DNA of 64,000 nucleotides from Parcubacteria group bacterium LiPW_15 (GCA_007375645.1 VMER01000001.1:209211-273210), one strand, 5' to 3'; shown: positions 47,596 through 57,551, numbered from the stretch's first letter. Notes: generated by a model not told the origin, from the sequence alone. Numbers and translations: made by a program.

Positions 47596-49606
47596 CTTTT
47601 TTAATTTTAGCATCTTTCTCCAGCTTATTTGTTTTCTTCATAAGCTCCCGTATCTCATCACGTAAAATAGCGGCAAGCTCAAAATCCAATTCCTTAGCCG
47701 CTAATTTCATTTCCCTTTCCTTGTCTGCGATGAGTTTCAAAAGCGCGGTCTTGGAACGCGGCATTGGTCCGGTCTCCAATTTCAATATTTCCTCAACTGG
47801 CAAAATATCCCGTATTTCTTTGATAACCGTGGTCGGAGTTATGTTGTGCTTCTTGTTATATGCCAGCTGGATCTCGCGTCTGCGGTTGGTTTCTTTGATA
47901 GCCCGCTCTAAAGAACCGGTTATGTGGTCCGCGTACATCAAGACCTCGCCCGCAACGTTTCTAGCCGCACGTCCGATGGTTTGGATAAGCGAAGTTTCGC
48001 TCCGTAAAAATCCCTCTTTATCTGCGTCCAGTATTGCGACCAGTGTTACCTCCGGCAAATCCAATCCTTCGCGCAAAAGGTTCACCCCGACCAGCACGTC
48101 AAAATTGCCTTTACGCAGATTGGTAAGTATCTTAATGCGCTCCAAGGTCTCCACGTCGCTATGGAGATAATTCACCTTGATGCCCTTGCCGGCAAGATAT
48201 TCCGTAAGGTCCTCCGCCATCTTTTTGGTAAGAGTCGTGATAAGAACTCTCTCTTTTCTGGCCACCCTCTCTTCAACTCTGGGAATCAGGTCCTGCACCT
48301 GGCCCTTGGCCGGCAGAATGGTTATTTTGGGGTCAACCAGCCCGGTCGGACGAATTATCTGCTCCACAATTTTTTCGCTCACTTTTTTTTCATAAGGGCC
48401 GGGGGTCGCGGAAGTAAAGATTATTTGGCCGACGCGCTTATTGAACTCCTCAAAACGCAAAGGCCGGTTATCCGCCGCGGACGGCAATCTAAATCCATAT
48501 TCAATAAGAGTCTTTTTGCGCGCCGCATCGCCCTCAGACATTCCCCCGATCTGGGAAACAGTCACGTGAGATTCATCGATGACGGTTAAAAAGTCCGGCT
48601 CCCCCGATTCAGTATGAGGAAAATAATTGAGCAGTGTATCCGGCGCCTCGCCTCTCGCCCGGCCCGAAAGCGGCTGGGAATAGTTTTCTATACCGTGGCA
48701 ATATCCGACTTCGCGGATCATCGCCAGATCGAACTTCGTTCTCCGCTCCAACCTTTCCGCCTCCAACAACTTTCCGTTTTCTTCAAAGTACTTGAGTCGT
48801 TCTTTTAATTCTTTTTGCACCGCGGCAACAGCCCGCTCCCTGTCGATCGGCGAAGTTATAAAGTGTTTGGCCGGAGCGATGTATATTTCCGGAAACTCGG
48901 GAGTAACACCCGGGCGAAAACCTTCCGCCGGAATTATTTCGTATATCTTTTTGATAACGTCGTCTTCCAGAACAAAGTTGTAGATAAGTTCCCTGTCCGG
49001 CGGCATTATCTCCCAGTTGTCTCCGCGCAAGCGAAAACTCCCCCGCGTGAGGTCGCTTGGCGTGCGGGTAAACTGCATGGAGATAAGCTGTCTCGTAAGC
49101 GCTTTCCTGTCTATCTTTTCGCCCACCGCGAAACGGATGATATTTTTTGCGTAGGTTTCCGGCGCGCCCAAACCGTAGATGCAGGAGACGGAAGCCACAA
49201 TGATAACATCCTTGCGGGTCAGCAAAGCAGTCGTCGCCGCATGGCGCAGCTTATCTATCTCTTCGTTTATCATCGCCTCTTTTTCAATATACGTATCGCT
49301 CGTGGGCATATACGCCTCCGGCTGATAATAATCGTAGTAGGAAACGAAGTAGTGCACCGCATTTTTCGGAAATATTTCCCGGAACTCGTTGCAAAGCTGG
49401 GCGGCCAAGGTCTTGTTATGGGCGATAACCAAAGTCGGCTTCTGCGCCTCGTTTATAACGTTCGCAATGGTAAATGTTTTTCCCGAACCGGTCACGCCCA
49501 AAAGGGTTTGATGCCGCAAGCCGTCTTCCAATCCCAAGACAAGCTCTTTTATAGCCTTGGGTTGATCACCGGATGGGATGTTTTTTGAAATAAGTTCGAA
49601 CTTCAT
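47579..49606 (-). CDS. uvrB: Excinuclease ABC subunit B
   Basis: GVTGSGKT, YYDYYQPEAY, DESH, QTIGRAARN motifs; C-terminal UVR domain. Confidence 0.97.
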   Translation of the reverse strand: MKFELISKNIPSGDQPKAIKELVLGLEDGLRHQTLLGVTGSGKTFTIANVINEAQKPTLVIAHNKTLAAQLCNEFREIFPKNAVHYFVSYYDYYQPEAYMPTSDTYIEKEAMINEEIDKLRHAATTALLTRKDVIIVASVSCIYGLGAPETYAKNIIRFAVGEKIDRKALTRQLISMQFTRTPSDLTRGSFRLRGDNWEIMPPDRELIYNFVLEDDVIKKIYEIIPAEGFRPGVTPEFPEIYIAPAKHFITSPIDRERAVAAVQKELKERLKYFEENGKLLEAERLERRTKFDLAMIREVGYCHGIENYSQPLSGRARGEAPDTLLNYFPHTESGEPDFLTVIDESHVTVSQIGGMSEGDAARKKTLIEYGFRLPSAADNRPLRFEEFNKRVGQIIFTSATPGPYEKKVSEKIVEQIIRPTGLVDPKITILPAKGQVQDLIPRVEERVARKERVLITTLTKKMAEDLTEYLAGKGIKVNYLHSDVETLERIKILTNLRKGNFDVLVGVNLLREGLDLPEVTLVAILDADKEGFLRSETSLIQTIGRAARNVAGEVLMYADHITGSLERAIKETNRRREIQLAYNKKHNITPTTVIKEIRDILPVEEILKLETGPMPRSKTALLKLIADKEREMKLAAKELDFELAAILRDEIRELMKKTNKLEKDAKIKKDGRKK

Positions 49607-49634
49607 TGTATGTGCTAATTATATCTTAAAAACG

Positions 49635-49869
49635 AAAAAGGGCCCGGATGAGGCCCTTGGCAGTTTGCCTGACGAAGAGGTATTTCACTGTCGGCTCAGA
49701 AACCCCCGCAAGGGCCCGTCAAAGCCTCCCTACTACTATTCTACGCGACCAGGCACCCTCTCCAAAGTTCAGCTCCGGGGATTCGAACCCCGCGCTCATT
49801 AATCGTCCGCATCCAGCGGGTCGACCCCAGGGATTCAAACCCTGTGCCCCTTAACTGCCTCATCCGAGC
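49635..49869 (-). ncRNA. Structured RNA with a 23S rRNA L1-stalk-like domain and two tRNA T-arm-like hairpins
   Basis: TTGACA-17-TAATAT promoter at 49904-49876; 13-bp end-to-end stem; terminator; GUAGAAUAG/GGGAGGCUUUGA/GAGCCGACAGUGAAAUACC blocks. Confidence 0.75.
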
Positions 49870-49919
49870 AAATGGATATTATCTCCCACCTCCCGGCCTG
49901 TCAAACATAAACCAAATGA

Positions 49920-51488
49920 TTAAAGCGTTTCGTAATTGGACTTGAGCCAGTTAAGCAGGTTCTTCGTATCCGAATATCTGTCTCCGGAATTCAGCACGAT
50001 TATAGAAACGGGTACGTCCCCGCTCGGAGTATGGATGTTCCAAACCGAAGCGATAGTTTGTCCGGCGGCTTTTGTTTCTCCGTTTTTCATGCCGATCAGA
50101 TCCGTTTCTCCGGAAAACTCGTTGAAGTTGGCCAGGTCGCCGATGCTTATGGAATCACCGATTTTAATAAGTCCGTTGCGTTCGAATTCCACTCCCTTGC
50201 CGATATCAAAGATGAACGGGCGTTTGTAATAAATATATTGAAGTAATTTGGAAATATCTTTGGCGGTAGAAACATCCTGTGTGCTCAATCCGGACGGATC
50301 GGCGAACCGCGTGTCCAACATGTTGAGCGAGGCGGCCTTGTCGTTCATGCTTTTCACAAAAAGCCTGCTGCCGGAAAAGGACGCCAAAACATTCGCCGCG
50401 TCATTCGAGGATTGCATTAAAAGCGGGTAAAGAAGGTCGAAACCGGTATAATAACTTCCGGAATTAAAGTGGAAAGCCTTGGTAGAACTGCTTCCGCCAG
50501 TGGTCGAAGTCGGAAGCTGTCCGACTCGAATGGAACTTCCAAGATAGATTAGCTCGTGGGCCACCACTCCGGTCATGAGTTTGGTTATCGAGGCGGTCGG
50601 CAGCTTTTCGTTCGAATTTTTTTCAACAATTGTTTCGCCGGAGGCCACATTGGAGATCAAAAAGGATTCCGCGCTTATTGCCGGCAACCCGGCATTCTGC
50701 ACCTTTGGAACAAGCGTTCCGAATCCCCGGTCCGGCATGTCTTCAAACACCAGTATCGGCATCCCCTTTTTGGCAAAATCGAAAACTTCCTTTGCGCCCT
50801 CGTCGGAAAGCCTGATACATCCTCCGGAATATGTTTTCTGAACCGGAGTTCCGTCATTGTAATGCGGCCAGCCATGTATAAAATAATTGCCGTAGAACTG
50901 GATGCTGTATGGCATCCAAACTTTTCCGATGGAAGAAAAATGGTTCACCTCTTTGACTATCACTCCGTAATTTCCGGTAGGAGTCTCCCACCAGCTGCCT
51001 AGCCTGCCCTTGGTCAATATCTCGATCTCTTTTTCCGCAGCTCCCCCGCGATAGAGCGTGAGTTGCATTGTCTTTAGATTTGCCTCAATGAAGTCTTGCT
51101 TTTCCTCCACATACTCTTCCTTTTTGGTTAAAAACCTCTGTTCGTCCGGAAAGATCATTTCGCCCGAATCCGTGAATGATATTTCCGAAGCCGCCAAGCG
51201 GGAATAAAAATTCCGCACCCGCACCGAATTCGTATCGGCCAGATCCAATCTATCCTGCCAGAGAAAATATATTCCGGCGGACACGGCGCAAATGATCATC
51301 AAAAACGCAAAAAACGGCTGAACCCAGCCGTGCCGTTTGCCCGATAAAACATAGTCGCAAACTTTAAAAGCGTTATTTATATCCGCCTCACCCCAGCCTG
51401 CCTCGGAAAGAGAAGCGCGTATCGCGTCTTTAGACCGTCCGGAATTCAGCGAATCACGGACATATTTTACGATTTCTTCGTCGGCCAT
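49920..51488 (-). CDS. L,D-transpeptidase (YkuD) fused to D-Ala-D-Ala carboxypeptidase (S11)
   Basis: IHG...SGGCIRL; ASITKLMT, SSN, KNG motifs. Confidence 0.88.
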   Translation of the reverse strand: MADEEIVKYVRDSLNSGRSKDAIRASLSEAGWGEADINNAFKVCDYVLSGKRHGWVQPFFAFLMIICAVSAGIYFLWQDRLDLADTNSVRVRNFYSRLAASEISFTDSGEMIFPDEQRFLTKKEEYVEEKQDFIEANLKTMQLTLYRGGAAEKEIEILTKGRLGSWWETPTGNYGVIVKEVNHFSSIGKVWMPYSIQFYGNYFIHGWPHYNDGTPVQKTYSGGCIRLSDEGAKEVFDFAKKGMPILVFEDMPDRGFGTLVPKVQNAGLPAISAESFLISNVASGETIVEKNSNEKLPTASITKLMTGVVAHELIYLGSSIRVGQLPTSTTGGSSSTKAFHFNSGSYYTGFDLLYPLLMQSSNDAANVLASFSGSRLFVKSMNDKAASLNMLDTRFADPSGLSTQDVSTAKDISKLLQYIYYKRPFIFDIGKGVEFERNGLIKIGDSISIGDLANFNEFSGETDLIGMKNGETKAAGQTIASVWNIHTPSGDVPVSIIVLNSGDRYSDTKNLLNWLKSNYETL

Positions 51489-52057
51489 TAATTTTCTGGG
51501 GTTGCTCTTCTGCCCTTATGGAAATGGAAAGTCAAAATGAAAAGCAAAGCGAAAATAGTGAAGCTCATTATCGGCATGGTTATGTAGCCGAATTCCAGAA
51601 AATACCTCTGCGCGCAGGAAACAGCGCCGCCAAACGCATTGCACAAAGTGTGGTTAGACCCGCCGTACTGAAGATACGAGTGATAACCGGAAACCAGCAT
51701 TCCAACGACCGACAAGGCGGAACTATATTTAACAATCCGGTGCGACCCGAACCACCAGGAAAGCCCCAGGAAAAGGACCTGCGGAAAAAGAAGCGCTCTC
51801 TGGATCCAGCACAAACTGCACGGCGGAAGTCCGGCGATCTGCGAATAAAAAAGGCTGGATACGGTTGCCGCCACGCTGAACAAAAACGCCAAAGCCAGGG
51901 CTCTGGTCTCCAAAATATCCAAAGTCATATGCAACCGCGGCCTCTCGTGCCGCTTTGAACGCAACAGCAAAAGGACCAGAAAAACTATTATCAGAAGGTC
52001 GCCGATCATCGTGCCGACGGACAGCAACCTAGTTATGCTTTCCGCAAATGGAGTCAT
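51488..52057 (-). CDS. Disulfide bond formation protein DsbB/BdbC family
   Basis: PCSLCWIQR; second Cys pair; FGYITMP. Confidence 0.88.
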   Translation of the reverse strand: MTPFAESITRLLSVGTMIGDLLIIVFLVLLLLRSKRHERPRLHMTLDILETRALALAFLFSVAATVSSLFYSQIAGLPPCSLCWIQRALLFPQVLFLGLSWWFGSHRIVKYSSALSVVGMLVSGYHSYLQYGGSNHTLCNAFGGAVSCAQRYFLEFGYITMPIMSFTIFALLFILTFHFHKGRRATPEN

Positions 52058-52440
52058 TAGTTTGTCGGCAAAGTGCAGCCGGTTTTCTTAACCAAGGTGC
52101 TAAAATCCAGCTTTCCGTATTCGCGCGAACCATCTTTAAACTCCCAGGTCGGATAACTCTTAATGCCCTTATCTATACAAACTTGAGTCTCGGTCTGACC
52201 GTCCGGCATGGAACACTCCACGTACGGCAGAAGCCTCTCGGAACGGCCGAATTCCGCCTTCTGATCCTGGCAATGCGGACACCAAAAAGCCCCGTAGAAA
52301 ACAGCCCCGCTGTCCTTAAGGCAAGTTGCGAAAGAATCATATTTGTCAGCCTGATAGGGCTGTATGAAAACCAACCAGATAAGTCCGGCAAAAAGAATAA
52401 TACCCACAACGCTCCAAATTATCTTTGATTTTTTAACCAT
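52057..52440 (-). CDS. Membrane-anchored thioredoxin-like protein
   Basis: YGAFWCPHC..QK, YVEC, YPTW motifs; adjacent to the DsbB-family gene. Confidence 0.85.
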   Translation of the reverse strand: MVKKSKIIWSVVGIILFAGLIWLVFIQPYQADKYDSFATCLKDSGAVFYGAFWCPHCQDQKAEFGRSERLLPYVECSMPDGQTETQVCIDKGIKSYPTWEFKDGSREYGKLDFSTLVKKTGCTLPTN

Positions 52441-52537
52441 ATGAGAATTATACCAATTGCGCCGCAAAACAAAAATGCTTAATTTCTATCTCTGCCCCAA
52501 AAATTCTACGGCCACAAATAGCAGCTAAAAATTAGGT

Positions 52538-55153
52538 TTATAAGCGTTTATATTGGCGATGGAAAAATCTCTTTGCAGCTTCAACGAGGGCGATGCTCAA
52601 TAAGCCCATCGATAGAACGCCCAAAAGCCAATATCCGGACAGGGAAACCGTTCCGAACACGGTCTGGAGAAACGGAACATAGATCGCGCTCGCCATAAGC
52701 ACCAATCCGATTCCAACTCCGACAACCATATAGCGATTGGAAAACGGAGAATACTTGAAAATACTTCTATCGAAACTCCTGACCGAAAACGCCAGGAATA
52801 GCGTGTAAGTTCCGAAGCTCGCGAAAATAAATGTTCTTACAACCTCCGGCACGAAACCCATTTGCAACAAGGTCCAATAAAGGGCGAATAACAACACGCT
52901 CGTCGACAAACCTATGAATATTACCAAAAATCTCGTAAGCGGATCGAAGAGCTTTACCCCGGACCCGCTCGTGCGTATCGCATGCCGTCCGTCGGTCCCT
53001 TTTTCAAACGCGAACGCGACCGCCGGAAAACTATCCGAAAAAAAGTTTACCCAAAGGATCTGGAGCGCGCTTAAGGGCAATGCTATGCCGGCCAACAATG
53101 ATCCGCCGATAAGAACAAGTTCGTCCGCAACGCTCGAAAGAAGATAAACCAAAACCCTTCTTAAGTTGTTCATTATCTGCCTCCCCTCCTCCACCGCCGC
53201 GGCTATGGTTTCAAAGTTGTCGTCCAATAAAACTAGGTCCGCCACGTCGCGAGCCACTTCCGTTCCGGAGCCCATGGCTATGCCGATATCCGCCTGCTTA
53301 ATGCTTGGAGCGTCGTTCACTCCGTCGCCGGTCATGGCCACAACCTCCCCGAGTTCTTGAAACGCCTTAACTATCTTCATCTTATCCATGGGCGACACCC
53401 GAGAGATCACCTTAAGCGCGGGCAATCTGTTTTTTAACTCTGCGTCCGTAAGCGCGCGAAGTTCTACCGCATCAATAACACTCCCCTCGGCAAGCTCCAT
53501 GCCGACCTCCTTCGCGATCGCTTCGGCAGTGCCGCGATGGTCGCCGGTCACTATCAGAACTTTTATGCCGAATGACTCAACGCGCCTGATGGCATCTTTG
53601 ACGCTCGGTCGGATCGGATCTTTGAGCGTGATGAGGCCCCTAAAGGTCATCCCTGCAAAATCGAAATCATCCGCGAAGCTGAAGTCTTCTTTCTCCGCTA
53701 TCTCTTTGGTGGCAACTCCCAAGACAAGTTCTCCGGACGCGGCAAGAGAGCCGATCTTTTGGAGCATAGCCTCCTTTTCTTTATCGCCCAGATTGGAGCG
53801 TTCCGCTAAGATATCCGGGGCTCCAAGACAAATTACTGCGTGTTTCCCGTCCACACGTGTAAGTGTGGCGGAAAATTTATTTACCGCGTTGAACGGCAAG
53901 GAATTTAAGATATCCATCTCTTTTTTTATTCCCTCGATCGAAGTTCCAAGGGTGGCTGCGGATCGGACCAAGGCGGTTTCCAGAGCGCGTCCGCTCATCC
54001 GCCATTCAAGCGGCGGGTCGTTCGGATTCTCGATTATTACATTCGTGTTGATAAGAGCCATCCGAAGAAGTTCTTTCTCGCTGCCGCCGGCCGGCAGCAC
54101 TTTGTCGAGTTCCATTTTTGCCATAGTAAGAGTGCCGGTTTTGTCGGTGAGAATTATAGTAGTGCTCCCGAGAGTTTCCGCGGCGACAAGCTTGCGCACA
54201 ACTCCTTTACGTTTAACCATGCGCTGCACCCCGACCGCCAAAATCACGGTCATTGCAACCGGCAGGCCCTCCGGTATCGCAGAGACCGCGATCGCCACCG
54301 AAGTAAGGAACATATCGAGCTTGGAGTATCCGGAAGCTATGCCCACAACAAAGATCATCGCCGTGAGGATTGTTAAAAATAATCCCGCGTGGATACTGAA
54401 GCGTTCAATGGCATGCTGAAGCGGGGTTTCTTCGCTTTGGGATTCCGCGACAAGTGCGGCGATTTTTCCGAGCTCGGTCAAAAAATCCGTGCGGCAAACT
54501 ACTGCTGTTCCGACGCCTTGAGTGACGAGCGTTCCGGCAAAAACCATAGAAAGCTGATCGCCCAAAGCGGAACTTATATCCACCACCGAAACATCTTTGG
54601 AAACCGGCAAGGATTCACCGGTAAGTATCGCTTCATCGGCCTGAAAATCGTTCACGAAAACTAACCTGCCATCGGCGGGTACTCGGTCTCCCTGGGTCAA
54701 ACGGACAATATCTCCGGGAACCAGATTCGCGGCTTCAATTTCGCGCTCAACGCCTCCGCGGATAACCCGCGCACGTTGCTTTAGATATGTTTTGAGTTCT
54801 TCGAGCGCCTTCTCCGCTTTGAATTCCTGGTAAAAACCCAGGGCAACATTCACGACAACCGCGGACAGGATAAAGAACATATCCCGATAGTGCGAAATAA
54901 AAAAAGTAACTCCGGCCGCAAACGCCAGAATAAGTATGAGCGGACTCTTAAATTGATTTATAAGGGTCGCAAGCCAAAATACTTTTTTGGGTTTTTCTAT
55001 GATATTGGCCCCGCAAACAGCGAGCCTTATCTTTGCTTCCGCTTCGGACAAACCGGTCTTAAGATCGGTTTGCAGCGCTTTCATGGTTTCCTCACCGGAA
55101 AGCGCCCAAAACGGACGCGCCTCTATTTCTCGTGTTATTTTCTGATATCCCAT
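52538..55153 (-). CDS. Cation-transporting P-type ATPase (type II)
   Basis: TGES, PEGL, DKTGT, TGD, GDGVNDAP motifs. Confidence 0.95.
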   Translation of the reverse strand: MGYQKITREIEARPFWALSGEETMKALQTDLKTGLSEAEAKIRLAVCGANIIEKPKKVFWLATLINQFKSPLILILAFAAGVTFFISHYRDMFFILSAVVVNVALGFYQEFKAEKALEELKTYLKQRARVIRGGVEREIEAANLVPGDIVRLTQGDRVPADGRLVFVNDFQADEAILTGESLPVSKDVSVVDISSALGDQLSMVFAGTLVTQGVGTAVVCRTDFLTELGKIAALVAESQSEETPLQHAIERFSIHAGLFLTILTAMIFVVGIASGYSKLDMFLTSVAIAVSAIPEGLPVAMTVILAVGVQRMVKRKGVVRKLVAAETLGSTTIILTDKTGTLTMAKMELDKVLPAGGSEKELLRMALINTNVIIENPNDPPLEWRMSGRALETALVRSAATLGTSIEGIKKEMDILNSLPFNAVNKFSATLTRVDGKHAVICLGAPDILAERSNLGDKEKEAMLQKIGSLAASGELVLGVATKEIAEKEDFSFADDFDFAGMTFRGLITLKDPIRPSVKDAIRRVESFGIKVLIVTGDHRGTAEAIAKEVGMELAEGSVIDAVELRALTDAELKNRLPALKVISRVSPMDKMKIVKAFQELGEVVAMTGDGVNDAPSIKQADIGIAMGSGTEVARDVADLVLLDDNFETIAAAVEEGRQIMNNLRRVLVYLLSSVADELVLIGGSLLAGIALPLSALQILWVNFFSDSFPAVAFAFEKGTDGRHAIRTSGSGVKLFDPLTRFLVIFIGLSTSVLLFALYWTLLQMGFVPEVVRTFIFASFGTYTLFLAFSVRSFDRSIFKYSPFSNRYMVVGVGIGLVLMASAIYVPFLQTVFGTVSLSGYWLLGVLSMGLLSIALVEAAKRFFHRQYKRL

Positions 55154-55183
55154 ATTTTAATTTATCACCCCCGGAACTATCCC

Positions 55184-56266
55184 TTATAGAATACCATGTA
55201 TCGGCCAGGTGATGACCTCCAAAAACTTTCGGAAAATAGATCTTCCCATCCAGGCCTCCTTTGTGAGCGGCGCGAGTTCGGCAATATCTTCCTCAAATTG
55301 CGCCCTTAACTCAGAAATGAAAATTGGGTCTATGCTCCGTATATTGCCTTCAAAATTTAAAAGCAAACTTTGACTGTCCATATTGGCGCTCCCGATAGTC
55401 CCCCAAACGTCGTCGGCTACCGCCGTCTTGGTGTGCAATATCCGGTTGTTGTCGTACAAATATATCTTCACTCCCGCGTTCAGCGCCAGAATAAAATAGG
55501 AACCTGCCGCGAAATCAACGGTCTTAACGTCGGACGCTTCCGGTAAAAGCAGGCGCACGTCCACCCCTCGCTTCGCGGCTTTTGTAAGTGCGGAAAAAAC
55601 TCTTATGCTAGGCACAAAATACGGCGTCGTTATATATAGATAGCGTTTGGCGCTTCGAATATTTTTCAAAAGATCGTGGTAAATATAACGTCCGCGGAAT
55701 CTCGGTGAATTGGTTATAAAAGAAAACCCGCCCTCCGGGAAAAATGAAGGCTTGAACCTAAAAAACTTTCGCTCCGGGGAAACAACCCACATCCGCTCAA
55801 ATACAGAGCTCATCTCGGAAACCACGGGGCCCGTCATCCGCACATTCGTATCCCGCCAATCCTCCATCCGTTTTTCAAGACCCACTCCCCCGGTGTGGCC
55901 TATTTCACCGTCCACTATCAAAAGTTTCCTATGATCCCGCAAGAACCAGGAAGAAAAGTTCCCGATGCGCCAGGGCCTTATCGGATTAAAGAACTTTATC
56001 TCCACTCCCTCCGCTTTAAGCTCATGTTCCGCCTCAGAGTTCAAAAAGCTATAGCTCCCCACCGCGTCGCAAATGATGCGCACCCTAACTCCCTCTTTGC
56101 TCTTTTTTTTCAAAACCTCAAAAAATCTCTTCCCTAATTCGTCCGGTTCAAAAATAAACTGCTCAATATCGATTGATTTACGCGCCTCTTCGCAATCGAC
56201 AAGCATTGCCTTCCAGGCTTCGGCGGAACGCAGATAGAATTTCCAGGTTGTTTTGGATGTATTCAT
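55184..56266 (-). CDS. Cardiolipin synthase-like phospholipase D
   Basis: Two HKD motifs (HRKLLIVD, HTKTAVAD). Confidence 0.9.
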   Translation of the reverse strand: MNTSKTTWKFYLRSAEAWKAMLVDCEEARKSIDIEQFIFEPDELGKRFFEVLKKKSKEGVRVRIICDAVGSYSFLNSEAEHELKAEGVEIKFFNPIRPWRIGNFSSWFLRDHRKLLIVDGEIGHTGGVGLEKRMEDWRDTNVRMTGPVVSEMSSVFERMWVVSPERKFFRFKPSFFPEGGFSFITNSPRFRGRYIYHDLLKNIRSAKRYLYITTPYFVPSIRVFSALTKAAKRGVDVRLLLPEASDVKTVDFAAGSYFILALNAGVKIYLYDNNRILHTKTAVADDVWGTIGSANMDSQSLLLNFEGNIRSIDPIFISELRAQFEEDIAELAPLTKEAWMGRSIFRKFLEVITWPIHGIL

Positions 56267-56613
56267 TCAAGAGTGATGACGATAAGCCCGAACTTCTTTA
56301 TTTTTTCCTTATATCCCGGAAAGCCATACCACATGTCCGTGGCTTCTTTCGCGGTATGGGTCTTGGGATTAATAGTCTCCGGCTTATATTTTTTAAGAAT
56401 CGCGGCAACCGAAGGAAAATGTTCTGCTTTTTTAACCGTTTTCGCAATTCTTTTTTTGCCGCACACCAAAATCACAACGTCTTTCGCTTTTATATCCTTA
56501 TATCTTGCGGTAGCCGCCCGCGTTTCTATCTTCTTTTTCCCGCTGACCATTGCCTCGAAAATATCATTATCTGCCGCACGAATTCTTAAAATAATTCTTT
56601 TAGACTCAGGCAT
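56263..56613 (-). CDS. ASCH/PUA-like domain protein
   Basis: F..M.SGKKKIETR motif. Confidence 0.75.
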   Translation of the reverse strand: MPESKRIILRIRAADNDIFEAMVSGKKKIETRAATARYKDIKAKDVVILVCGKKRIAKTVKKAEHFPSVAAILKKYKPETINPKTHTAKEATDMWYGFPGYKEKIKKFGLIVITLE

Positions 56614-57130
56614 TTTCGATATGGATAAGCGCGGCTCTGATCGCCTCTTTTGTATATTCTTTCCTGTTCAATCTACCCTTGGTTATTATCCCCACCAAGC
56701 CTTCTGCCGAACCGATATGGGGATTCGTAGTGAGACCGGTTTTAAACACCGCTTGATTCATATCCAAACCGTCCTTGAGCATACACTCCACAACCTTCTT
56801 GGGCGCCTCCCACGCGGATGAAAGTCCAAGATGGAATCCTTTTCCATCGTAGATCGCGCAGGCACAGACATTCATGTGTCCGGTCTTGGTGTTTGGTACG
56901 ACCATAAGGCCCGCCTCAATGCCAAAGCTATAATCGCAGTCGGCAAACGAACCTATGGCTCGATTCATCGCACCTCGAATAGTTTCTTCAAGCGATTTGG
57001 GCTGCGCGGAAACTTTTGAATCGACTTCGAGCGCAGAAACTTCCGCGTGTTCCAAATCAGGATATTTTAAGATAATCTCCTTGAGAGCATCAACTTTTAC
57101 AGAGTTTTTTGAACCAACAACTATTTTCAT
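56606..57130 (-). CDS. yjjX: Inosine/xanthosine triphosphatase
   Basis: VGSKN.VK, QP...EET..GAMNRA, GIEAG motifs. Confidence 0.88.
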   Translation of the reverse strand: MKIVVGSKNSVKVDALKEIILKYPDLEHAEVSALEVDSKVSAQPKSLEETIRGAMNRAIGSFADCDYSFGIEAGLMVVPNTKTGHMNVCACAIYDGKGFHLGLSSAWEAPKKVVECMLKDGLDMNQAVFKTGLTTNPHIGSAEGLVGIITKGRLNRKEYTKEAIRAALIHIENA

Positions 57131-57156
57131 TTACTTTATATTCCGCACACTTCTCG

Positions 57157-57543
57157 TTAATTCTGCAATAATTCCGATTTAGTTGCCACCTCAATCACGT
57201 ATCCGTCCGGGTCTCTAAAATCCACAGTGTATGAACTTCTGTCTTTATAGCTGGATTCTAAGGGCCCTCGAATTATATCTGCCTGCATCCCGGAAAGAAG
57301 CCTGCCAACCTCATCCACCATTTCTCGCGAACCTGCCAAAAAACATATGTGTCTGGGACCAATCGTATTTTCGGGTTTAACGTCTTGCTTGATAAAATAA
57401 ATCTTTGTTTCGCCGTTGCTGAAAGCGTTGGACTCGATTTTATTCCAGCCAATAATTCCAAAGACGGCTTCATAGAACCTAACTGATCGCTCCAGATCGG
57501 AAACCCAGAATTCAATATGTTTTATTGTTGCTTTATTTCCCAT
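57157..57543 (-). CDS. VOC/glyoxalase family protein
   Basis: HIEFWVSDL, HICF, DPDG..IE motifs. Confidence 0.88.
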   Translation of the reverse strand: MGNKATIKHIEFWVSDLERSVRFYEAVFGIIGWNKIESNAFSNGETKIYFIKQDVKPENTIGPRHICFLAGSREMVDEVGRLLSGMQADIIRGPLESSYKDRSSYTVDFRDPDGYVIEVATKSELLQN

Positions 57544-57551
57544 GATATTTC

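Noticed and set aside
49669-49725. Hammerhead-like CTGACGA...GAAA on the plus strand
   Set aside because: Stems II/III and the cleavage triplet do not form properly; promoter, terminator and L1-stalk similarity all indicate the minus strand
49666-49755. A 23S rRNA gene
   Set aside because: Similarity is limited to ~90 nt, with no flanking rRNA sequence
49776-49844. tRNA genes suggested by GTTCGAATC loops
   Set aside because: No acceptor, D or anticodon arms at proper spacing; only isolated T-arm hairpins
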